64,000 nt of DNA. Source: Bacteroidia bacterium (GTDB lineage: Bacteria; Bacteroidota; Bacteroidia; B-17B0; Aurantibacillaceae). The first letter of the stretch is position 1; each line of letters begins with the position of its first letter. Shown piece by piece: positions 57,219 to 64,000 of the stretch. The DNA lies in the NCBI GenBank assembly GCA_016787895.1, contig JAEUTN010000005.1:214811-278810 (forward strand), in the 5' to 3' direction. The position numbers and the translations under genes are program-made. The notes beneath the pieces are model-generated. The model worked only from the letters and a program-made list of their open reading frames with translations, ran no database searches and was not told where the DNA came from.

Positions 57219-58219
57219 GATTTTCCACCTCCACTTTTTATCCGCACAAATTTGCTCAGTAACTCAAACCAGAAAGGTGCACCACGACTCAGGCTGAACA
57301 TGGAAATTGCCAATCCCGCCAGATACAGAAATACATTCATGAAGGATAATTCCTTCCGGAAATCTGAAGATATTTTTTGCTTGTCTTTGCTAAACCAAAC
57401 GTATGGAACAGATGTTTTACTGTAACCCAAAGGCACATTTGCACTATCCAGTTGTTTCATAATCAGGTTGTAATCCTGATTGAATTTTGCAGCATTCTGT
57501 TGTATGGTTTTGTCCTTTGGATACTGTGCCTGCAGACTGTCTACCATTGGCTTGAAATGCTCCAACACGGCTGTGGACTTGCTGCTCACACCAGTGCGCA
57601 TGATCGGGTCTTTGGCCAGCCGTTGTGCGAGATAAATACTGTCTACATTGAGAAAAAGTGTGATGACGAATCCAAAAAACAACAATTTATTTCGTTGCTT
57701 CCTTTTGTACTCAAAGGTGAGTGAGGCCATCTGATTGTTGAACCAATCCTTCAATTGGGCCTCCAGTTTTGCGTAATCCCCGTTTGCCACAGAATGAAAA
57801 TTAAGCAGCATATCTTTCAGTCTGCTGCCCTGCATTTGTTCTGCATACAGCCTGAAACGGGTCATCAATTCCGCGGTTCCGTTTTTCTCATCTGTTGCCA
57901 TTGGCAGTTGGTAGGTTACCGCCAGATTCCCTATGGTTTGTATAAACGCCGGCGCAAAGGTGCTGGCCTCAATCCATACAGGGTGATGGCTTTTGTTCTT
58001 CCTGGGCAATTCACTTACCAGCGGATGAGAGTAAAGCAAATACGCATAATCCAGATTGTAATGGTCCTTCAGCATCGTTTGCAATTCGGCAAACAACACT
58101 TTGCCTCTGGTGTTGGTGATGGATATCAGAAACTCATTGAGCAATGAAACAAGTATGCTCAGCAAAGCATAAATAACGACCAGACTCAGAATGACTTCGA
58201 AAAAAATGGTTAACGACAT
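57215..58219 (-). CDS. three-helix membrane protein, unknown family
   Basis: It has an N-terminal helix (LTIFFEVILSLVVIYALLSILVSLL), a central helix and a C-terminal helix ending SRGAPFWFELLSKFVRIKSGG. Its stop overlaps the downstream start as ATGA. Confidence 0.6.
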   Translation of the reverse strand: MSLTIFFEVILSLVVIYALLSILVSLLNEFLISITNTRGKVLFAELQTMLKDHYNLDYAYLLYSHPLVSELPRKNKSHHPVWIEASTFAPAFIQTIGNLAVTYQLPMATDEKNGTAELMTRFRLYAEQMQGSRLKDMLLNFHSVANGDYAKLEAQLKDWFNNQMASLTFEYKRKQRNKLLFFGFVITLFLNVDSIYLAQRLAKDPIMRTGVSSKSTAVLEHFKPMVDSLQAQYPKDKTIQQNAAKFNQDYNLIMKQLDSANVPLGYSKTSVPYVWFSKDKQKISSDFRKELSFMNVFLYLAGLAISMFSLSRGAPFWFELLSKFVRIKSGGGKS

Positions 58220-58230
58220 TGGGTGGTAGA

Positions 58231-59673
58231 TTACAAATAGTACTGTTGAAGGAATCGAAGGGCATTTGAATAAAAAATCTTATCCAGCACCCCATCTGTA
58301 TCCTGGGGAGTAACCGTGCGGTTGCGGCCGTTAAAGTAATCATGAAGAAGGGTGCGCAATGCCTCGCGCATCGAAGGCAACCTGCTGGCTTCCCAGTATT
58401 GGTTCAGGGGATTGATGATGCCATCAAAATCGGTGCCCAGTGATATATGCTCCCAGGCATTGAGGTTGCTGCCCTTGCTGCGGTTGTATCTTTCAATGAC
58501 CTCTACAATCCAGAGTATGTTGTGCATCACAGGCTCTGCCCAAAACATTTCCTTTTTGCGTTTGCTCATCAATGCCAGTTTTGCTGCGCGCCATTTTCTC
58601 TGCAATCCGGTCAGTTCATTCATACCCATTATCCGCTGATCCATTTCCAGACCGATGATGCCATTGCTGCTTACAATTTCTATCACATCGGTTTCATCCA
58701 GATTGATGTCCCTGTCATAAAATTTTACACTCTTGTCACTGTATCCGGTTCCACGTCCGGCACCGTGGCTGTAGATAATGGGAGCATCACCGTAATGCTG
58801 TTTGCGCCAGTTGTAAAACTCCAGCCGGGCTTCGCGTGCCATATGTTTCACATCCACGTGTATACGTCGTCCGTTTTTTGTGTCAAGCATGGCGTTCAGC
58901 ACTTTGTAGCCCCGTTTTGAAATCCACACCGGGCCGGCACCTTCCCCAAAGTCATCTTTTTTATCCATGCCCCGCACCTGGTCAAACAACGTCTGGGGCA
59001 AACTCTCACAATGGGTGGTAATGCCATTGAGAAAATGGTGTGCCATGGTGATAAAAAACGGCGGTATGGGTTGTTGTTTCAGGTGCTGAACCCTCACTTC
59101 CACATTGGCCCATTCCTGCTCACCCAGTGTATTGCAACCGTCGCACAGGGTATGTCCGCCTTCAATGGTGCTCACCAGCCACACCGTGTCGTCCACAAAG
59201 AAATCCGGCATTGGGTCACCGGGTTTCAGAAATCTCACTTTCGTCGGCGCATTTTTGTTACCGTCCAGTTGTGAGAAATACTCGTATTCCCACAAGTAAT
59301 GGTACCAATAATTGTAGTTGCTCGCCATCACCTGCCTGGCTCTTTCCGGTCCCAAACCAATTATTTTCCCCACCAGTTCCGGGGTGAGTTGCTGGTTTAC
59401 ATTCTTCGGTCGGGTAAAACCCTGTTCCAGGGGATAGAAACTCAGGAAGGAAATCTTCACCATGCCCTGCGCCAGGTTCTTAAAATCACACTGACGGTAA
59501 GGGGCAAAGGTGGTGAGCCCCTCCATCACCCGCCCCAGGTCTTCTTCGGTTGCAGTGCTGCTAAACCATGGACTGGATTTGTCTGACGGATTGAAAAAAT
59601 CTTTGTTTTTCAGTGACCAGCCATAGGGCCGGATGTTGGGATGACAATGGATGTCTATAATGGGGTAAGCCAT
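58231..59673 (-). CDS. amidohydrolase-superfamily protein, renal-dipeptidase (M19)-like
   Basis: IDIHCHPN (HxH), STIEGGHTL, ITMAHHF, HVDVKHM, IIYSHGA and SLGTDFDGI appear in the order expected for the M19/amidohydrolase barrel. No signal peptide is present. Confidence 0.6.
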   Translation of the reverse strand: MAYPIIDIHCHPNIRPYGWSLKNKDFFNPSDKSSPWFSSTATEEDLGRVMEGLTTFAPYRQCDFKNLAQGMVKISFLSFYPLEQGFTRPKNVNQQLTPELVGKIIGLGPERARQVMASNYNYWYHYLWEYEYFSQLDGNKNAPTKVRFLKPGDPMPDFFVDDTVWLVSTIEGGHTLCDGCNTLGEQEWANVEVRVQHLKQQPIPPFFITMAHHFLNGITTHCESLPQTLFDQVRGMDKKDDFGEGAGPVWISKRGYKVLNAMLDTKNGRRIHVDVKHMAREARLEFYNWRKQHYGDAPIIYSHGAGRGTGYSDKSVKFYDRDINLDETDVIEIVSSNGIIGLEMDQRIMGMNELTGLQRKWRAAKLALMSKRKKEMFWAEPVMHNILWIVEVIERYNRSKGSNLNAWEHISLGTDFDGIINPLNQYWEASRLPSMREALRTLLHDYFNGRNRTVTPQDTDGVLDKIFYSNALRFLQQYYL

Positions 59674-59862
59674 ATGAAAGGTTTTTCAAGTAAATGCCGG
59701 ATGGCAGACTCCCCACTCCCATCAGCACGCCTGCTTCCAGATGTTCAAAGGCAGCGAAAAATTTTGAAATAAAAAAGAGTATTTAATACTAAATAAGGTA
59801 GGTATAAAATACCAGAAAAGTTCGCCAGCGGGGAAATCAGGCTGTTGTGAGCCGCCCAGGAT

Positions 59863-61458
59863 TTATTTGCCCGATGTGGCTGCTGCCAGCTTCAATGCCC
59901 TGTCGGCGTTAATCAGTCCACCACTTACAGAAAGACGGGTGAAACGGATTTTGGTGGATTTGGTGCCCGGCAATACCACCTTCTTCTTATTCACCACAGA
60001 ACTCTTCATCAGAATTTCTTTCAACTGTTCTGCTGTCAGATTCGGATACCTGCTCCAAACCAGCGCGGCAACACCGCTTGCTACCGGAGCAGCCATGCTC
60101 GTTCCGTCGGAAAATTTATAGATGGTGCCAGGCGCGGTACTGTAAATTTTATACCCGGGTGAGAACAGGTCCACATTGTGCTGTCCGTAATTGCTGAAAT
60201 CGGTGGCCAGTTTCTTCTTTTCCGGTGCAGATGCGCCTATCTCCAGCCAGGTGCTGGCAAATTGACCGTTGCCAAGGCTGTCATTGGGGTAATTGGCATC
60301 CAAATCATTGTTTTGGTTGTCATTACCAGCTGCATGCACAAGCAACACCCCTTTTGATACCGCATAAGCCACAGCGCTGTCTACCACAGCCTTGTTCCAT
60401 TTGTAGCTTTTGCCAAAACTCATGTTCAATATTCTGGCACCATTGTCAACCGCGTAGCGGATTCCGTTGGCTACATCCTTGTCTCTTTCATCCCCGTTGG
60501 GTACCACCCGCACCACCATGATTTTCACATGGTCTGCCACGCCGTTTACACCCAGTCCGTTGTTGCGCACTGCGCCGATGATTCCGGCCACATGCGTGCC
60601 ATGAAAGGGGTCTCCGCCTGCTACATTGTTGTTGCCGTAATACCTTTCACTGGCATTTTCGTAATTGTCGCCAACAATACTGCGCGGGTCGTAATCGGTA
60701 TTGTAATGATAGTGTGCCATCGCATAGACCTGGTCGTAAGGCTCGCGAATCTGCTCATAAATGGCTTCAAAGGTTATGCCGTCTTTTTCCAGCGCTTTCA
60801 GCAGTATGGATTTTAAGGCGATGTTTTGCGGATCGGTGGGATTGTACTTTTCCAGATCTTCGCGGCTGGGATTGGTTTTGCCCATGCTTTCGCGCATGTC
60901 GTCCAGCGCTTTGATGGCAGGCTCCAATTGGGCTGTGAGCAGCCCCAGATAGGTGAGCCGGTTTTGTTCCACATCTGTTTTCAGTTTCTGGTAATGCTCA
61001 TATTCTGCACGCTTCACAGGGTCGTTGATGTCAGAGGCATCCATTTCGCTGTACTTTTTCATGAGGGTGCGCAGAATCCGGGTTTTTTCCAGATTGTCGA
61101 ATTCCACCATTTTGCCGTCGGCACCACCTATAAAATTCCAGCCCACTGTATCATCTGTATATCCATTGTGGTCATCGTCAATTCCATTGAAAGGGATTTC
61201 CCCGGGATTGTGCCACAAATTGGCCTTCAGATCGGGATGATTGATATCCGTTCCCCCGTCAATCACAGCTACAATGATATCCTTAGCCGGCGCATTTGCA
61301 GGCAGTGACTCATAGGCCTTATACAAATCGATGCCCATGTTTGATTTTTGCATTCCCTGCTGGTACCAATCCTGTGCAGGGCTTTTTGTTTTTTTGTTCT
61401 TCTGTGCAAACAGAGTTGTTGAGGCAAATACCATTGCACTCAAAATCAGATATTTCAT
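59863..61458 (-). CDS. secreted subtilisin-family (S8) serine peptidase
   Basis: It has a signal peptide and a catalytic triad in the motifs VAVIDGGTD, HGTHVAGIIGA and GTSMAAPVASG. Confidence 0.9.
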   Translation of the reverse strand: MKYLILSAMVFASTTLFAQKNKKTKSPAQDWYQQGMQKSNMGIDLYKAYESLPANAPAKDIIVAVIDGGTDINHPDLKANLWHNPGEIPFNGIDDDHNGYTDDTVGWNFIGGADGKMVEFDNLEKTRILRTLMKKYSEMDASDINDPVKRAEYEHYQKLKTDVEQNRLTYLGLLTAQLEPAIKALDDMRESMGKTNPSREDLEKYNPTDPQNIALKSILLKALEKDGITFEAIYEQIREPYDQVYAMAHYHYNTDYDPRSIVGDNYENASERYYGNNNVAGGDPFHGTHVAGIIGAVRNNGLGVNGVADHVKIMVVRVVPNGDERDKDVANGIRYAVDNGARILNMSFGKSYKWNKAVVDSAVAYAVSKGVLLVHAAGNDNQNNDLDANYPNDSLGNGQFASTWLEIGASAPEKKKLATDFSNYGQHNVDLFSPGYKIYSTAPGTIYKFSDGTSMAAPVASGVAALVWSRYPNLTAEQLKEILMKSSVVNKKKVVLPGTKSTKIRFTRLSVSGGLINADRALKLAAATSGK

Positions 61459-61482
61459 TTGAATTTTAATTGTTTTAATTTT

Positions 61483-62241
61483 TTATAATTTTCGCACCAA
61501 AACGAAAATACTTACGGCTTTGAATGGATTTCGGGTGGTGTCTTTTCCGAAGAAATAACGGCGCAAAAAGTTTTTTAATGGTGGCCATTTCACCACATCC
61601 ATCGGCGCAGTCACATAAGAGGTATTCAATACTTCAAAACCGTGTTTCTCCAGTAAACGACAAATCCTCTTTCTGGTATAAATACGGGCAAGTGCGTACT
61701 TTTCATGGATGGGTTTTGGCAGCCAGGAAAAGAAGGGTACCCTGTTCCAGGGCAGCAACGGCAATCTCGCCCCATGGGTCTCGAAAATCCACCATTTGTT
61801 TGGAACAGTAAATGCACACAACGCACCTTTTTTTACACTTCCCGCATAATTTGCCACTCCATCTTCTGATGGTAAATGCTCGATGACTTCAAAACTAATC
61901 AACCTGTCGGCCTGCGGTACATAAGGTGAGGCCATGATATCCCACTGCAAAAAGACGGCATTGCTCACCTTTAATTCATCTTTCAGCATGTTAAATGTTT
62001 GCCGGTGCGAATCCACATATTCAAGCCCGGTTGCCGAAGCAAAATCCGGGGCGAGTTGCAACATGGTTATTCCATTCCCACAACCAATCTCAAGCAATGA
62101 TGCCTTATTGTCCATGAACTCTGCATGGCTTTTCAGTATGCGTATGCGACGTTGTATAATGAGATCATCAGCATCTGCCGGGCGACCCAGATAATGCGAT
62201 TCTTCAAAAAGGTTTTTGTCTACACGGGCTGTATTGCTCAT
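61483..62241 (-). CDS. class I SAM-dependent methyltransferase
   Basis: LLEIGCGNGI is motif I. The start at MSNTARVD overlaps the GT2 stop as ATGA. Confidence 0.8.
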   Translation of the reverse strand: MSNTARVDKNLFEESHYLGRPADADDLIIQRRIRILKSHAEFMDNKASLLEIGCGNGITMLQLAPDFASATGLEYVDSHRQTFNMLKDELKVSNAVFLQWDIMASPYVPQADRLISFEVIEHLPSEDGVANYAGSVKKGALCAFTVPNKWWIFETHGARLPLLPWNRVPFFSWLPKPIHEKYALARIYTRKRICRLLEKHGFEVLNTSYVTAPMDVVKWPPLKNFLRRYFFGKDTTRNPFKAVSIFVLVRKL

Positions 62242-63002
62242 GCCGGTTTCCACAATTTCAGGTTGAACAAAATACGGCGTGTGATAATCCACATATGCGC
62301 AACGATATTGGAAATCCAGCCGTAATGATGACTGAGCACAGCAAACCGTTCTTTCCATGCTTTTTTCTCATGCTGATAGCTGCTGCCTCCGGTTTCGAAA
62401 TCGGCCAGTACAAAAGCCGAACGCATACTTCTGGGCTTCAACCGGAGGATTTGTAAAATCCAGTCTATGTCCGCCGCCTGCTCATATTTCAGGTTGTACA
62501 ACGGTGCCAATTCCCTGCGCACGAGAAAACTCTGGTGACAAACGCACATGCCATAACGGAATGAACCGGGGCCGAGTTTTTCAGGAAGGGGCTGCGGTTT
62601 CAGGCGACTGATCAGTCCCAATTCATTCCCATCCTGATCTATGAACATGGTGTCTCCAAAAATAACATCAGGAGATTTTACTGCCATTGGCAACAGTTGC
62701 TCTGCCACCTGTATATCGTGAATGGCATCGCCGCTGTTTACAAACCATACATACCGGCCCGTGGCTGCCTTCAATCCCTTGTTCATGGCGTCGTAGATTC
62801 CCCTGTCCTTTTCTATCAGCAGCGTATCTATATGGCTTTCACGGCTACGGAGAAATTCAGCACTCCCATCTGTACTTCCACCATCCACCACGATAAACTC
62901 TACATGCTCCCTGCCAGTCTGACCCGCCACACTGTTAAAAGTGCGCTGCAGTCCTTTCAGGTTATTGTAGTTGATGGTTATAACCGAGAACTGCTTATGC
63001 AT
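62238..63002 (-). CDS. family 2 glycosyltransferase
   Basis: It contains FSVITINYNN...EFIVVDGGSTDGS...DRGIYDAMNKG...NSGD. Confidence 0.85.
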   Translation of the reverse strand: MHKQFSVITINYNNLKGLQRTFNSVAGQTGREHVEFIVVDGGSTDGSAEFLRSRESHIDTLLIEKDRGIYDAMNKGLKAATGRYVWFVNSGDAIHDIQVAEQLLPMAVKSPDVIFGDTMFIDQDGNELGLISRLKPQPLPEKLGPGSFRYGMCVCHQSFLVRRELAPLYNLKYEQAADIDWILQILRLKPRSMRSAFVLADFETGGSSYQHEKKAWKERFAVLSHHYGWISNIVAHMWIITRRILFNLKLWKPA

Positions 63003-64000
63003 TCTCTTCTTTCTGTCCGGATTTGTTAAAAATACTCATGCCCAATACCCCAAAAAACAGAAGCAGAATAGTGCCTGATGCTGCCCTTTCCATATTGATA
63101 TAATTGCCTCTGGGACCCGGAGTGTAAATAAATGAGATTTCATTTTTGCCATTGGCTGCGGCCGGCAGTTCCAGCCCCCTGAGTATATAATTCACCCGCA
63201 ATACCGGTAATTCTTTGCCATTCAGAAATGCTTTCCAGCTTCCGTTTTTCTCATTATAATACACTTCGCTGAATACGGCCAGTGCAGCTGCTTTATTCGT
63301 GGCTTCGTATTTCAACGTATCAAAACTGTAATAGGTTTGCCTGATGCTGCTGCCGGAATCTTTCGTCCAGGAGGTGGCTGCGGGTTTGGGTGCTTTGTCC
63401 GTGGCTTCAATCACAACTTCCTCGCGGATGTTTATTTTATTCAACTTCTGAATGGCTGCTTTTGCGGTAGGTTCCACCACAGCTTTTTGAACAAACCAGG
63501 CATGGCCCAGAGCTGTAGGCCTTTCGTATACTTCTTCTTTCTTGCCTTCCTGACTTGTACTGAGAATAAACCTGCAGTTCAGCATATCCAGGGCATTGTT
63601 GTTCATGATCCAATTGCCGGAAATCTGCTCCCCGCTAGGTGTAATGCAATAACTGATAATGTCCTGGTACCTGCTCAGTTTTGCAGGATGGTACCCTCCG
63701 ATATTCCGGTGAAACGGTGCCGCATGGTTGTCGTTAAACGGATCTATACGCATATCGATTACCCTGCTGCGGTCTTTATTGTATTTCATCACTTCAGCAT
63801 CTTTGGGTGTTGGTGCCACAGCTTCTTCTTCCACTTTGTCCTGCCAGTTATCTTCTGTAAGGTATCTTTTGGAGACCCCGATCAGGTCTATGCCTATCAA
63901 TAAAATCAAACCCACCCAAAGCAGCACCTGACTGCCATTTTTACGCACGGTATACCAGACCAGGCCAAATGCAAGCCCTGTAAAAGCAAGGCTACGGAAC
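62995..64000 (-). CDS. YfhO-like polytopic membrane protein, C-terminal part (5' end beyond window)
   Basis: The frame stays open from 63948 to the window end (…FRSLAFTGLAFGLVWYTVRKNGSQVLLWVGLILLIGIDLIGVSKRYL). A large periplasmic C-terminal domain is followed by a terminal helix, as in YfhO-type glycosyl carriers. It overlaps GT2 by 8 nt. Confidence 0.6.
   Translation of the reverse strand, partial: FRSLAFTGLAFGLVWYTVRKNGSQVLLWVGLILLIGIDLIGVSKRYLTEDNWQDKVEEEAVAPTPKDAEVMKYNKDRSRVIDMRIDPFNDNHAAPFHRNIGGYHPAKLSRYQDIISYCITPSGEQISGNWIMNNNALDMLNCRFILSTSQEGKKEEVYERPTALGHAWFVQKAVVEPTAKAAIQKLNKINIREEVVIEATDKAPKPAATSWTKDSGSSIRQTYYSFDTLKYEATNKAAALAVFSEVYYNEKNGSWKAFLNGKELPVLRVNYILRGLELPAAANGKNEISFIYTPGPRGNYINMERAASGTILLLFFGVLGMSIFNKSGQKEENA

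Overview
This is a 64-kb chromosomal segment that looks like a Bacteroidota genome. Supporting marks are three proteins with T9SS C-terminal sorting domains (two type A, one type B), a PorX-type REC-PglZ regulator, a TonB-C protein and a Bacteroidota-style aa3-type cytochrome c oxidase cluster. Most of the window is densely packed housekeeping genes: ompA-like, lpxB, surE, purM-like, xth, thiamine pyrophosphokinase, porX-tsaE, gcvP, radC/recA, an 11-gene oxidase and assembly cluster (22.9-31.8 kb), rsmA, queA, hbd and maf. There are three tRNA genes: Ala-GGC, Leu-CAG and Leu-GAG. I found no rRNA, CRISPR array, transposase or integrase. The accessory part lies at 43-59.7 kb. It contains a sharply AT-rich block (43.0-46.1 kb) with two 222-aa beta-barrel-like proteins and a T9SS-sorted GH16 glucanase, and this block ends inside a chimeric surface-protein gene. 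That gene is preceded by a G12 homopolymer and a duplicated leader module. Next come a 2429-aa PKD-repeat adhesin with a type-B T9SS domain, and a tightly coupled three-gene module (metal hydrolase, 3-TM protein, metal hydrolase) that I cannot assign to any described system. Smaller oddities are a split tRNA-Ala-derived element with a structured 82-nt insert, and two genes (ctaA and a DUF2807 lipoprotein) whose conserved N-termini are encoded upstream of any ATG/GTG/TTG codon. All functional calls rest on motif recognition by eye, and no database search was possible.
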